Positions 1 through 10,072 of a DNA stretch of 64,000 nucleotides are shown here, one piece after another (position 1 is the first letter of the stretch; the number at the start of each line of letters is the position of its first letter). Under the pieces are notes generated by a model, which was not told where the DNA came from, ran no database searches, and was given only the letters and a program-made list of their open reading frames with translations. This stretch comes from Aquificaceae bacterium. GTDB taxonomy: Bacteria; Aquificota; Aquificia; Aquificales; Aquificaceae. Where the stretch lies: the NCBI GenBank assembly GCA_037925075.1, contig JAXSNR010000001.1:32001-96000 (forward strand), given 5' to 3'. Made by a program: the position numbers and the translations under genes.

Positions 1-424
1 GCTGTATCTACATGTGGTGACCGCCTTTACAGGTTATGCGGGCTTCACGGTGGGCTTCGGTGGTGCGGTTTTGTATCTTTTGAAGGAAAGGTTTTCAACA
101 CTGCCCTTGCCTTCAAAGGACCTCCTTGACGAGATTACCTACAAGTCCATAGTGATCGTCTTTCCCATATGGACTGCCTCCATAATACTGGGTGCAGCTT
201 GGGCAAACGAAGCATGGGGTGGATACTGGAGCTGGGATCCCAAAGAGGTTTGGTCTCTCATAGTGTGGCTCTTTTTTGGAGCTTACTTACATGCAAGACA
301 AATGCTTGGATGGAAGGGGAAAAGAACCGCATGGATGGTGGTCTTTGGTTTCATCACAGTCCTTATATGCTTTTTTGCGGTAAATCTCTTCTTCCCAGGG
401 CTTCACAGTTATGCTACTGATTAA
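1..424 (+). CDS. ccsA: Cytochrome c biogenesis protein CcsA (5' truncated by window edge)
   Basis: WWD motif WANEAWGGYWSWDPKE, AYLHAR and terminal GLHSYA; frame is open to the window start. Confidence 0.92.
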   Translation, partial: LYLHVVTAFTGYAGFTVGFGGAVLYLLKERFSTLPLPSKDLLDEITYKSIVIVFPIWTASIILGAAWANEAWGGYWSWDPKEVWSLIVWLFFGAYLHARQMLGWKGKRTAWMVVFGFITVLICFFAVNLFFPGLHSYATD

Positions 425-1635
425 GACACAAACTTCTCAGCTTCAAGTTTCGCTTCTTCCAGTATGTTCTTTATGTGCTCTGGCGAGGTTCCCAAAACCT
501 TTGCCACTTTGTTCACGGTTTGCTCATCTCTGTTGTCCTCTAATAAATCTATAAGCGAGAGTATAAACCCGAGAAGACTCAACCTGTTCTCGTATGCTTC
601 AACTATCTCCTTATCAAGAAGCAAAGCTCTTGCTATATCTTCCGGCTTTTGTCCCAATATTTCCCATGAGAGAGAAAACAAACCCATAAGATAAGCTTTA
701 TCCCTCATCTCCTTTGCGTTTATCTCGGCTATCTTTTCACCAAGGCTTGCCCTAAAGAGTGCTCTCCTCCAAAGCTCCTTTTCTCCTTCCTCTACAAACA
801 TATCAGAGAGGGCAAGCACTATGGTAAACTTGGCAACATTTTCAAGTCCAAGATAGACGACCGCATCTTCCACATTACTGAACTCCCTCAATTTTGAAAA
901 ATAGGCTGAGTTTACAAACCTGAGAAGTTTGTATGTCACACCTACATCTTTTTCTATAACCTCAATAACCTTCTTTATATCTTTGGACTTTATTGCCTTA
1001 TATATCCTAAGTATAGTTGATTTAAGGAAAGAAATGGTTCTTGTATCCTTTACCAGTGCAGGTTTTGAGAGATAAACTCCCTGAAAATATTCAAACCCAA
1101 GCTTGTAAGCTCTTTCATGCTCCTGCTTGGTTTCTATATTTTTGACTATTATACCTTTTTTTAGGCTTTTTAATATGCTTATAACCTCTCTCAATTCTTC
1201 TTCGTTGTATGGGTTATTCTTTATATCTATTTTCACAAAGTGACACTTGTTCAGAAGTGGCAAATAGTCTATCTTTTCAAAACCAAAATCATCTATGCAG
1301 AATTTAAAACCACGTCTTATAAGGATTTCGATAGCCTCAAAAAGTGTATTGCTCAACCTTTTGTTCTCAACAAGCTCTATACCCACATACTGAGGCGGAA
1401 GAAGGTCAAACATAGAAGCCTCAAGAAATATGGCTGGCACGTTCACAAAGACGAGCTTACCATTACCCACCTTTTGTGGGCCTATTTCAGTAAGCACATC
1501 TATGCATATACTTGTAGCCTTCAGAGGGTCAAAATCCTTTGGGTATGAGCCTGTGCTTCTGTCTTGAAGGAATACCTCATAAAAGGCTACCTTTCCCTCT
1601 CTGTTGTATATTGCTTGTTTACATACTACGTTCAT
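421..1635 (-). CDS. EAL-HDOD domain protein (YuxH/PdeH-like), degenerate EAL
   Basis: KQAIYN..YEVFL, FVN, IDDFG, VKIDI, FEYFQGVY; C-terminal HDOD (YKLLRFVNSAYF, AVVYLG, AYLMGLFSL). Confidence 0.8.
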   Translation of the reverse strand: MNVVCKQAIYNREGKVAFYEVFLQDRSTGSYPKDFDPLKATSICIDVLTEIGPQKVGNGKLVFVNVPAIFLEASMFDLLPPQYVGIELVENKRLSNTLFEAIEILIRRGFKFCIDDFGFEKIDYLPLLNKCHFVKIDIKNNPYNEEELREVISILKSLKKGIIVKNIETKQEHERAYKLGFEYFQGVYLSKPALVKDTRTISFLKSTILRIYKAIKSKDIKKVIEVIEKDVGVTYKLLRFVNSAYFSKLREFSNVEDAVVYLGLENVAKFTIVLALSDMFVEEGEKELWRRALFRASLGEKIAEINAKEMRDKAYLMGLFSLSWEILGQKPEDIARALLLDKEIVEAYENRLSLLGFILSLIDLLEDNRDEQTVNKVAKVLGTSPEHIKNILEEAKLEAEKFVS

Positions 1636-2255
1636 GGGTTTATATTATAAAAGGCGTCCAAAAGGCCATGCAAATTGCCATCCTTACGCCTTTGAAGATA
1701 ATTCACCACATACTTGCCCACTATATCCACTTCCACGTTTACCATATCTCCCAGTTTTCTAAATCTCAGGTTGGTGTTTTGGTAGGTGTGTGGTATCACA
1801 TTTATGTGTATAAGGTTTCTCTCAACCTTGTTTATAGTAAGGCTTATTCCATCTATGCCCACAGACCCCTTTTCTACAAAATAAATCTCATACCCGGGTT
1901 TTATCTCAACAATTAAAGACCAATGCTCTCCCTTTCTTTGTAGTTGAACTATGTGGGATGTAAAATCCACATGTCCTTGCAGGATATGTCCGCCAAGCCT
2001 GTCGGACAATCTGAGAGCCCTCTCCAAGTTCACATGGTCTCCCCTTTTTAGAAGTCTCAGGTTGCTTCTGCTTAGAGTTTCTTCAGATAGGTCAAAGTGA
2101 AGCAATTTATCCTCGCTTTTTACCAAGGTAAGACATACACCATTTACCGCTATACTTTCGCCTATTTTTGGCTCTTCAAAGTCTGCCTCTACAGTTAGCT
2201 TTCCGTTTCTTAGGCTCTCTACCCTTCCTACCTTTTCCACTATTCCCGTAAACAT
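1632..2255 (-). CDS. ribE: Riboflavin synthase (alpha chain)
   Basis: Diagnostic N-terminus MFTGIVE at 2255; SIAVNGVCLT, VNLERA, GGHILQGHVD, VNVEVD. Confidence 0.96.
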   Translation of the reverse strand: MFTGIVEKVGRVESLRNGKLTVEADFEEPKIGESIAVNGVCLTLVKSEDKLLHFDLSEETLSRSNLRLLKRGDHVNLERALRLSDRLGGHILQGHVDFTSHIVQLQRKGEHWSLIVEIKPGYEIYFVEKGSVGIDGISLTINKVERNLIHINVIPHTYQNTNLRFRKLGDMVNVEVDIVGKYVVNYLQRRKDGNLHGLLDAFYNINP

Positions 2256-3001
2256 CAGAAAAGCACCTCCTCCGCAGGCAAAACTGGTCCTTCGTAGCAT
2301 ACCCTTTTGTAGCCCTCTGGAGTTTTTACCACACATCCAAGGCATACGCCCCATCCACATGCCATCCTGCTTTCAAGAGAGAAATACATCCTATGTCCAG
2401 CGTTGATGTTTTTCAAAGCCCTCAGCATGCCCTTTGGCCCACAGGCATGAACAGTCCACGATGTATCAAAATCCTTAAGCACCTCCGTAATAAGACCCCT
2501 TCTGCCCTTGCTTCCATCCTCTGTATAGAGTATGTAATCAAAGCCCTCCTCTTTTAGCCAACCTTCCATGCCTAAATGTTCCTCAGACCTGCCTGCATAC
2601 ACAAACATAACCCTTTTCCCCATTGCTCTTAGTTCCTTGCCCAAGAGGGTAAGCCCCGCAAGCCCTACACCACCACCAAGAAGTAGGTGTTTTTCTCCTT
2701 CCTTTGGAAAAAGCCCTTTACCAAGAGGACCAAAGGTCCAAACCCAAGCCCCTTCTTCTACTTGAGACAACAGTCCAGTCCCCCTTCCCACAAGCTCGTA
2801 AAAGATAAGGATATTTTCATCTTTTACATCCGCCACCGCAAAGGCCCTTCTTCCCATAGGGTCAAGGCTTTGAGAAACCCTCAGCATCACAAACTGCCCA
2901 GCCTTAACAGACCTTGCAATATCTGATGCATGGATCCGAAGAAGGTACAGCCTTCCCCTTATACACCTATTTTCCACAACCCTACACAGCACATCCTTCA
3001 T
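2255..3001 (-). CDS. pyrK: Dihydroorotate dehydrogenase electron transfer subunit
   Basis: AGQFVML, GPLGKG, GGGVG, CGPKGM, 2Fe-2S motif MACGWGVCLGC...CYEGPV. Confidence 0.9.
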   Translation of the reverse strand: MKDVLCRVVENRCIRGRLYLLRIHASDIARSVKAGQFVMLRVSQSLDPMGRRAFAVADVKDENILIFYELVGRGTGLLSQVEEGAWVWTFGPLGKGLFPKEGEKHLLLGGGVGLAGLTLLGKELRAMGKRVMFVYAGRSEEHLGMEGWLKEEGFDYILYTEDGSKGRRGLITEVLKDFDTSWTVHACGPKGMLRALKNINAGHRMYFSLESRMACGWGVCLGCVVKTPEGYKRVCYEGPVLPAEEVLF

Positions 3002-3975
3002 CTTTTCTCACTCTTTAGAAGGTTATCACCAAGAAGGTTAAAGGCTATAACAAGAAGAAACAATGCCATCCCAGGTGATAGTATCCATGGGTGTGCGACT
3101 ACAAGGTTTATATTCCTTGCATCCGAAAGCATATTGCCCCAACTGGGAAAGGGCTCCTGAATGCCCAAACCCAAAAAGCTCAAAGACGCCTCAGCCAAAA
3201 TGTACCCCGGAAAGGAGAGGGTTGCGGAAACTATAAGATAGTAGTAGGTGTTTGGTAGGATATGAACCTTTAGTATTCTCAGCGTTCCAGCACCGTAGGT
3301 CTTTGCGGACTGGACAAACTCCTTCTCCCTTATGGAAAGAACCATACCCCTTATTACTCTCGCAAGCCCAGCCCACCCAAGAAAGGACAAGATAAAGATC
3401 ACCATCAGAAAAACCTGAAAGCTCTCCATGGTGAGAGGAAACACAGACCTCAGCGAAAGCATGAGGTAAAAGGTAGGTATTGCCAAAAGCACCTCCACAA
3501 GCCTCATTATAGCGGTATCTACCTTTCCGCCTAAGTATCCAGAAATTCCCCCTATGAGACTACCAAGAAGAAAGGTTATACTAACTCCAACAAGGCCTAT
3601 GGTTAGGGAAACCCTTGACCCATACACAAGCCTGCTAAATATATCTCTTCCGAGCTTGTCTGTGCCAAGTACATACAGATGACAGGGATCCTCAACGGAT
3701 AAAAGCCTGTAACCATTTTGTGTTTTGCTAAAAAACCTTAACCTGCAAGTGATGTTTTTATCTTCTTCATAAACCTTAAAGAGTGGGTCTGTCATCCTGT
3801 AAGGATGCACATAAGGGAGTGTGGGCTTTCCATCCATGAAAAGGTGTATCCTTGTAGGTGGGTGGAAGGGTGCCTTTCTGTTCTGTAGGGAGTAAGGGTA
3901 GGGAGCGATTATGTCCGCAAGGGTCGCAAGAAGGAGGAAAAAGCCTATTATGGTAAGGGGAAAGGCAAGCCTCAC
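2998..3975 (-). CDS. Peptide ABC transporter permease (OppC/DppC family)
   Basis: LGTDKLGRDIFSRLVYGSRVSL, EAA-loop region, EASLSFLGLG, PSWGNML. Confidence 0.9.
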   Translation of the reverse strand: MRLAFPLTIIGFFLLLATLADIIAPYPYSLQNRKAPFHPPTRIHLFMDGKPTLPYVHPYRMTDPLFKVYEEDKNITCRLRFFSKTQNGYRLLSVEDPCHLYVLGTDKLGRDIFSRLVYGSRVSLTIGLVGVSITFLLGSLIGGISGYLGGKVDTAIMRLVEVLLAIPTFYLMLSLRSVFPLTMESFQVFLMVIFILSFLGWAGLARVIRGMVLSIREKEFVQSAKTYGAGTLRILKVHILPNTYYYLIVSATLSFPGYILAEASLSFLGLGIQEPFPSWGNMLSDARNINLVVAHPWILSPGMALFLLVIAFNLLGDNLLKSEKR

Positions 3976-4003
3976 AGTTTGAATAGTATAAAATATTTAC
4001 GCC

Positions 4004-4324
4004 ATGAGTGTGCTGGTGTTTGTAAGCATGACGCCCTTGGGTAAGGGAGAAAGTGTAAGCGAGTATGTGGCAAGGGTGGTAGACCTTGTGGACAGGTCTG
4101 GACTGCCTTACGTGCTAACTCCCATGGGAACCATAATAGAGGGGGAAACATGGGAAGAGGTCATGTCCGTGCTAAAAGAAGGCTTTGAAGCTCTAAAAAG
4201 GGACTGCCCTCGCATATCCATAACCATGAAGATAGACTACAGGGAAGGAAAATCGGGAAGGCTTTTTAGCAAGGTAAGGTCTGTGGAAGAAAAGATAGGA
4301 AGAGAAATAAGGAAGGCGACATAA
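4004..4324 (+). CDS. MTH1187/YkoF family thiamine-binding protein
   Basis: SVSEYVA, LTPMGTIIEG, KIDYR motifs; 106 aa. Confidence 0.8.
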   Translation: MSVLVFVSMTPLGKGESVSEYVARVVDLVDRSGLPYVLTPMGTIIEGETWEEVMSVLKEGFEALKRDCPRISITMKIDYREGKSGRLFSKVRSVEEKIGREIRKAT

Positions 4325-4325
4325 G

Positions 4326-6665
4326 GTGGCTATAAAAAGATTATCAAAGGAAGACCTCACCTACGGATACACCTACACTTACTCCACAAAGGATGTGGAA
4401 CCCGCAGAGCTTTTCCCAGGACAGGAAAGGGTAAGGTCCGCCTTTGACCTTGCACTAAATACAGAGTTTGAAGGCTATAACCTCTATGTTTCTGGACCTG
4501 AAAGTATAGGAAGAACCATATACACACTTAAGAGGCTAAGGGAATCTGCAAAGGGTAAGAAAAAGCCCGAGGACATATGCTATGTCAACAACTTTGATAA
4601 TCCTCTTAGACCAAAGTATCTTTTATTGCCCGCGGGCATGGGTAAAGAACTAGCTTACCACATAGACAAGGCTATAGATACTCTAAAGGAGGAGCTTCCC
4701 AAAGCCTTTGAAAGCAAAGAGTATGAAGAAGAACTGGCAAGCATAAGAAAAAACATAGAAGGTAAAAAGGAGGAATTAGCTCAGAGGCTCATTGATGAGG
4801 CTCAGTCTCATGGCCTCGGCGTTGTATTTACACCTGCAGGCATAAAGCTACTTCCCCTCGTGGGTAGAAGGATAGTTTCCGAGGAGGAGCTTTATGCCAA
4901 CCCAAGACTTCAAGAAAGCTACGAAAGGAACCTTTCAGGGTTTGAGGAAAGGTTTAGAGACTTTATAAGGGAGCTAAGAGAGCTGGATCACCTCCTTTCG
5001 GATCAGGTGATAGAGCTAAGGAACAGGGTAGCCAGCTACGTGGTGGATAAGGTTTTTTCAAGGTTTGAAGGCAAATACATGGAGTATGAAGGTGTATACG
5101 AGTACATAAACAGACTAAAGGCTGAGCTTGCAAAAAATTCAGACCTATTCCTTTCCTGGCATACTTCAAAGGGAAATCTCGCCTTCCAAAAAATGCTGGA
5201 AAAATCCTTTAACGCCTTTAGGGTAAACGTTCTTGTGGATAATTCAAGCCTTGAGGGTGCTCCTGTTGTCTTTGACGAGGTACCCACCTTCCAAAGCCTT
5301 TTCGGAAGGGTTTTTTATTCTGCAGAGATGGGCATTCTTTATGCGGACCACATGAGTATATCCGCAGGAAGCCTTCATAGAGCAAGAGGTGGCTACCTTT
5401 TAATAAGGGCTATTGACCTTCTAAAAAACCCCTTTCTATGGGACGCCTTCAAAAAGGTGCTCATGCACAAAAAGATACACATGCCTTTACATCCCTTAGA
5501 GGATGCCCTTATGCCTCTTGTGGGTATAAGTCCTGAACCTCTGCCTGCGGACTTTAAGGTGGTTCTTATAGGAGATCCTTATCTTTATTATTTACTCTAC
5601 AACTACGACCCCGAGTTTGGGAGGCTGTTCAAGGTAAAGGCGGACTTTGACCCAGTGGTGGATATTAAGGAAGAACTTTTTGACGCCCTTCCAAAGATAT
5701 TCAGAAAGATATTGGAAGAAGAAGGGCTCAAGCATCTTTCTGCAGATGCCCTTTCAGAGCTTTTCAGGTATGGAGTGGAGCTCTCCGGAAGCAGAAAAAA
5801 GTTTAACATGGTTATTGGACACCTTGTGGATGTGGTCAGGGAGGCGCATGCTTTTGCGGAAGGAAAGGAACTTATAGAGGGACAAAACATAAGGAAAGCA
5901 ATAAAGGAAAAGCTGTTTAGGTCAAACCTTCTTGAAGAGAAGATAAGAAAAGCCATAGGCGAAGGGAAGTTCATACTGCGTATTGAAGGGGAGGAAATAG
6001 GACAGGTTAATGGTCTGAGCGTTTTTGACCTGGGGGACTACAGCTTTGGCAAACCTACCAGAATAACAGCCTCAGTCTATATGGGAGAGAAGGGAATAGT
6101 AAACATAGAAAGAGAGGTGGAGCTTAGCGGTCCTATACACTCAAAGGGCGTGCTTATACTGAGCGGGTACCTTGGTCGGAAATATGGAAGGGAAATGCCA
6201 CTCCATCTTTCTTGCACCCTTACCTTTGAACAAAGCTACGATGAGGTGGAAGGCGATAGCGCATCCATGGCGGAGCTTCTCGCCATACTTTCCGCCCTTG
6301 CGGAGGTTCCCCTAAAGCAGTACATCGCCATAACAGGTTCCGTTGACCAGTTTGGGAATGCTCAACCCGTTGGCGGTGTAAAGGAGAAGATTGAAGGCTT
6401 TTACAAGGTATGTAAGATGTTTGGGCTTAAGGGTAATGAGGGGGTGATAGTCCCACAAAGAAATTATGATAATCTCCTTCTTGATGATGAAGTGTTGGAA
6501 GCTGTTGAAAAAGAAAAATTCCATATATACACCGTAGAAACGGTTGATGACGCCATAGAAATACTCACTGGAATTGATGCCAAAAGTTTTCATGAGCTTG
6601 TTAGAAGAAGGTTGAGGGAGTTTTTCAAAAGGTCTATTCGGGTTGGAAAGAAAAGAGGTATATAA
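4326..6665 (+). CDS. Lon-family protease, LonC-type (degenerate AAA + S16 protease domain)
   Basis: GQERV, degenerate Walker A GPESIGRT, GSLHRARGGYL, GQVNGLSV, catalytic GDSAS and GGVKEKIEGF. Confidence 0.88.
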   Translation: MAIKRLSKEDLTYGYTYTYSTKDVEPAELFPGQERVRSAFDLALNTEFEGYNLYVSGPESIGRTIYTLKRLRESAKGKKKPEDICYVNNFDNPLRPKYLLLPAGMGKELAYHIDKAIDTLKEELPKAFESKEYEEELASIRKNIEGKKEELAQRLIDEAQSHGLGVVFTPAGIKLLPLVGRRIVSEEELYANPRLQESYERNLSGFEERFRDFIRELRELDHLLSDQVIELRNRVASYVVDKVFSRFEGKYMEYEGVYEYINRLKAELAKNSDLFLSWHTSKGNLAFQKMLEKSFNAFRVNVLVDNSSLEGAPVVFDEVPTFQSLFGRVFYSAEMGILYADHMSISAGSLHRARGGYLLIRAIDLLKNPFLWDAFKKVLMHKKIHMPLHPLEDALMPLVGISPEPLPADFKVVLIGDPYLYYLLYNYDPEFGRLFKVKADFDPVVDIKEELFDALPKIFRKILEEEGLKHLSADALSELFRYGVELSGSRKKFNMVIGHLVDVVREAHAFAEGKELIEGQNIRKAIKEKLFRSNLLEEKIRKAIGEGKFILRIEGEEIGQVNGLSVFDLGDYSFGKPTRITASVYMGEKGIVNIEREVELSGPIHSKGVLILSGYLGRKYGREMPLHLSCTLTFEQSYDEVEGDSASMAELLAILSALAEVPLKQYIAITGSVDQFGNAQPVGGVKEKIEGFYKVCKMFGLKGNEGVIVPQRNYDNLLLDDEVLEAVEKEKFHIYTVETVDDAIEILTGIDAKSFHELVRRRLREFFKRSIRVGKKRGI

Positions 6666-6672
6666 TTAGAAA

Positions 6673-6909
6673 ATGCAAGGAAGACCACTTTTACCCAATG
6701 AGCTTGAGCTTTTTAAAAAAGCCCTTGGTATAGGACCGCATAACTTTTGGAGATGGTCCTCACGGACGAGAAACTTTAAGCTTCTCACCGATGGTAAGGT
6801 TATATGGGTTGAGGGAGAAGAAGAAAACATAGGTAAAACCATGCCCGTTTATGAAGCCACATGGTGGAGTTGGGACCTTATAAGGGAAAAAATCAAAGAG
6901 ATGGGTTAA
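6673..6909 (+). CDS. Hypothetical protein (78 aa, Trp-rich)
   Basis: Fills the gap between Lon and fabD; TATAAT 6 nt before ATG; no recognised domain. Confidence 0.65.
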   Translation: MQGRPLLPNELELFKKALGIGPHNFWRWSSRTRNFKLLTDGKVIWVEGEEENIGKTMPVYEATWWSWDLIREKIKEMG

Positions 6910-6921
6910 AATAAGGAGCTT

Positions 6922-7851
6922 ATGGGAAAGTTAGCCTACGTTTTCCCTGGACAGGGTTCCCAGTATGTGGGTATGGGGTATGACTTTTACAGGGAGTTTT
7001 CAGAATCCGCGGATGTTTTCCACGGTGCGGAGACAGCCCTTAGGTACAACCTCACCGATATAATCTTCAAGGGTCCGGAAGAAGAGCTAAACAGAACAGT
7101 CCATACACAGCCAGCCATACTGACCACAAGCCTTGCCATATATGCGGTTATGAAGGAAAAGGGCTTTCCTCAGCCAGATTTTGTAGCTGGGCACTCCCTT
7201 GGAGAATACACCGCTCTTGCGGTAGCTGGAGGTGTGGAGCTTTTTGAGGCAGTTAGGCTTGCAAGCCTTAGAGGTAAATACATGCAGGAGACGGTGCCAG
7301 AAGGTGTGGGTGCCATGTCCGCAGTTTTAAAGCTACCACCAGAAAAGGTAGAAGAGGCTTGTAAGCTCGCTCAGGATGAGGGAGTGGTTGAACCAGCCAA
7401 CTATAACTCTCCAGAGCAAACGGTTATATCTGGAGAAAAAAAGGCTGTGGAAAAGGCAAGCGAAATAGCAAAACAGATGGGAGGTAGGGTAATACCTTTA
7501 AAGGTTTCTGTTCCTTCTCACTGTTCCCTTATGAAGCCCGCCGCAGACGCCTTTAGGCTAAAGCTTGCCCAAACTCCTATAAAAAACATAAACATCCCCA
7601 TAGTCCAAAACCACACAGCAAAAGCCCATACTATGGCTCCTGAGATAAGAGAAAACCTATACAAGCAGATATTTTCTCCAGTAAGGTGGTTTCAAAGCGT
7701 GCTTTACATGGTGGAGCAAGGTGTGGATACCTTTGTGGAAATAGGACCTAAAAATGTACTTTCTAAGCTTATCCAGCAAACAGTGCTTCAGGTGAGGGTT
7801 TTTAACGTGGAGAAGTTGGAAGATGTAGAAAAGGTTTTAAGGGCTTTATGA
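6922..7851 (+). CDS. fabD: Malonyl-CoA:ACP transacylase
   Basis: FPGQGSQYVGMG, TQPAI, GHSLGEY, ANYNSPEQTVISG, EIGP. Confidence 0.97.
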   Translation: MGKLAYVFPGQGSQYVGMGYDFYREFSESADVFHGAETALRYNLTDIIFKGPEEELNRTVHTQPAILTTSLAIYAVMKEKGFPQPDFVAGHSLGEYTALAVAGGVELFEAVRLASLRGKYMQETVPEGVGAMSAVLKLPPEKVEEACKLAQDEGVVEPANYNSPEQTVISGEKKAVEKASEIAKQMGGRVIPLKVSVPSHCSLMKPAADAFRLKLAQTPIKNINIPIVQNHTAKAHTMAPEIRENLYKQIFSPVRWFQSVLYMVEQGVDTFVEIGPKNVLSKLIQQTVLQVRVFNVEKLEDVEKVLRAL

Positions 7852-8747
7852 GTATGGAGAAGTACATAGAAAAGGCTAAAACTCTTCAGTCCGCATTGCC
7901 TTATATAAGGGAGTTTTACGGCAAAACCTTTGTGATAAAGTACGGTGGCTCCGCCATGGTGGAGGAAAGTCTTAGAGAAAGCTTTGCGAGGGATGTGGTG
8001 CTTTTGAGGTACGTGGGCATAAGGGTTGTGGTGGTTCATGGAGGGGGTCCCCAGATAAGCCAAGCCCTTGAAAGGTTTGGTATAAAGCCCCATTTTGTGG
8101 GGGGCATGAGAAAGACAGATGAAGAGACCATGCATGTGGTGGAGATGGTCCTTTCAGGAGACATAAACAAGGACATAGTCGCCCTTATAAACACGCATAG
8201 CGGTCAGAACATATACGCGGTGGGTCTTTCTGGAAGAGATGGACAGCTCATCAGGGCAAAAAAGCTTGACAAGGAAAGATACTTTAAGGAGTTGGGAATT
8301 GAAGCACCAGAAGAAGATATAGGCTACGTGGGTGAGGTAGAAGGTGTAAATACGGAGCTTCTTAATGTGCTTATGGAAAAGGGGTACATACCTGTTATAG
8401 CACCTGTGGGTGTGGGCAAAAGGGGAGAGGCGTACAACATAAACGCGGATGTGGTTGCGTCAGAGGTTGCAGGAGCTCTCAAATCTGAAAAGCTTATATT
8501 CCTGACAGATACAGAAGGCGTAAAGGATGCCCAAAACAGGCTCATACCAACCCTTAACAAGGAGACGGTTTATGAACTTATAAAGCAAGGTGTTATAAAA
8601 GGAGGCATGCTTCCAAAGGTAAGAAGTGCTATTAAGGCATTGGAGTATGGAGTTAAAAAGGTTCATATAATAGACGGAAGGATCCCCCACTCCATACTTT
8701 TAGAGGTTTTTACAGAAGAAGGCATAGGCACAGAGATGGTGGAATAA
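7848..8747 (+). CDS. argB: Acetylglutamate kinase
   Basis: VIKYGGSAM, VHGGGPQI, YNINADVVA, GGMLPKV, HIIDGR. Confidence 0.97.
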   Translation: MSMEKYIEKAKTLQSALPYIREFYGKTFVIKYGGSAMVEESLRESFARDVVLLRYVGIRVVVVHGGGPQISQALERFGIKPHFVGGMRKTDEETMHVVEMVLSGDINKDIVALINTHSGQNIYAVGLSGRDGQLIRAKKLDKERYFKELGIEAPEEDIGYVGEVEGVNTELLNVLMEKGYIPVIAPVGVGKRGEAYNINADVVASEVAGALKSEKLIFLTDTEGVKDAQNRLIPTLNKETVYELIKQGVIKGGMLPKVRSAIKALEYGVKKVHIIDGRIPHSILLEVFTEEGIGTEMVE

Positions 8748-8855
8748 GCATATAAAAACATTCATATGTCTTATTGAAAGATAAAAAATTTTAATGGAAA
8801 AAGGGCAAAAACTTTTGGTATGCTTTAAGCAATAACCTACTTGGGAGGTGATGAA

Positions 8856-9341
8856 ATGAAAAGGCTTTGTCTTCTTGTACTTGGATTAAGTGGATTTGCT
8901 CTGTCCGCACCAGTTTTTATGGATGGTGAGTATGCAAAAGCCCTCTGTGAAGCATGGAATAAGACACCTCAGCTTTCTGAACAGCTTGGCAAGAGCGAAA
9001 GCTGGGTTGCAGTTCCAGAGAGGAAGATTTTTATATACAGGGAAGACTGCGGAGATGGAAAACAGATACAGCTAACTATAAAGAATGAGGGTGGTAAAGC
9101 TATTTGCGTCTATGGAGGTCCTGCAAAGGACAAGAGGGGCAAAGATGACTTCCTTATGTATGCGGAGACCAAAAGGTGGATAGAGATGGGAAAGAAGGAG
9201 TACGGACCTATGAAGGCTATGATGTTGGGTAGGCTAAAGTTTGAAGGACCCAAGGTCGTTGCCATGAAGAACATGGGTCCCTTTGAGGCTTTTCTTGATA
9301 TGGTAGATAACCCACCACATGACGCCAGCAAATGCCCTTAA
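8856..9341 (+). CDS. Exported SCP2 (sterol-carrier-like) domain protein
   Basis: SD GGAGGTG then ATG at 8856; signal peptide MKRLCLLVLGLSGFALS; SCP2-like PMKAMMLGRLKFEGP; four Cys in the mature part. Confidence 0.7.
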   Translation: MKRLCLLVLGLSGFALSAPVFMDGEYAKALCEAWNKTPQLSEQLGKSESWVAVPERKIFIYREDCGDGKQIQLTIKNEGGKAICVYGGPAKDKRGKDDFLMYAETKRWIEMGKKEYGPMKAMMLGRLKFEGPKVVAMKNMGPFEAFLDMVDNPPHDASKCP

Positions 9342-10063
9342 AGTATGACCCTTTCAAGGGTAAGTCCCTTAGCCTTTGCGGTGTAAGGGCACTTGCCCTC
9401 TCCTCTAAGGTAGCTTTTTATATCTTCTTGTGATAGCTTTCCAAGTCCCACGTATATAAGACTCCCTACAATCCTTCTAACCATGTATCTCAGAAAGCTC
9501 CTTGCCCTTATCCTAAACTCTATCAGATCTTCCACCTTTTGCAAGCTCACCTCCTCCACATCAATAAGAGTGTTTTTGTCCTCTTCCTCTAACTTTGAAA
9601 AACCAGAAAAATCATGAAGACCAACAAAAAGTTCAGAAGCCAAGAGCATCTTTTCATAATCCAGCTTGTAGGGAATCCTCCAACAGAAGGGCTCCATAAA
9701 GGGGTCTCTGGCATGCGTGTTTAGAATCCTATAAAGGTACACCTTACCCTTTACACTGTATCTTGCATTAAAACCTTCCTGTATCCATACCCTCTTTATG
9801 CCCACATCCTCAGGTAGTAGGGAGTTGAGAGCTTTAAGCAATATCTCTGGTTCCATAGGGCGTTCCCCATGAAAGTTTGCCACATACTCAAAAGCATGCA
9901 CGCCCGCATCGGTCCTACAGCAACCTGTAAGCTTTACCGGATGTTGAAAAAGTCTTTCTATAGCCTCCTTTAGAACTCCTTGGACTGTTCTAAGTCCCGG
10001 TTGAACCTGCCAGCCATGGAAATGGGTACCCACAAAGGAAAGAAAAAGCACATAGTTAGGCAT
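9338..10063 (-). CDS. truA: tRNA pseudouridine(38-40) synthase
   Basis: FHGWQVQ..RTVQG, RTDAGVHA, FNARYS, HDFSGF, FLRYMVRRIVG. Confidence 0.96.
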   Translation of the reverse strand: MPNYVLFLSFVGTHFHGWQVQPGLRTVQGVLKEAIERLFQHPVKLTGCCRTDAGVHAFEYVANFHGERPMEPEILLKALNSLLPEDVGIKRVWIQEGFNARYSVKGKVYLYRILNTHARDPFMEPFCWRIPYKLDYEKMLLASELFVGLHDFSGFSKLEEEDKNTLIDVEEVSLQKVEDLIEFRIRARSFLRYMVRRIVGSLIYVGLGKLSQEDIKSYLRGEGKCPYTAKAKGLTLERVIL

Positions 10064-10072
10064 CCAATAGAA

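Noticed and set aside
2256..2360. Extended N-termini in the ORF track (ribE here; also rimP, MoxR, PRTase, desaturase and the 41372 start)
   Set aside because: Conserved family starts lie downstream, and most extensions overlap neighbouring genes
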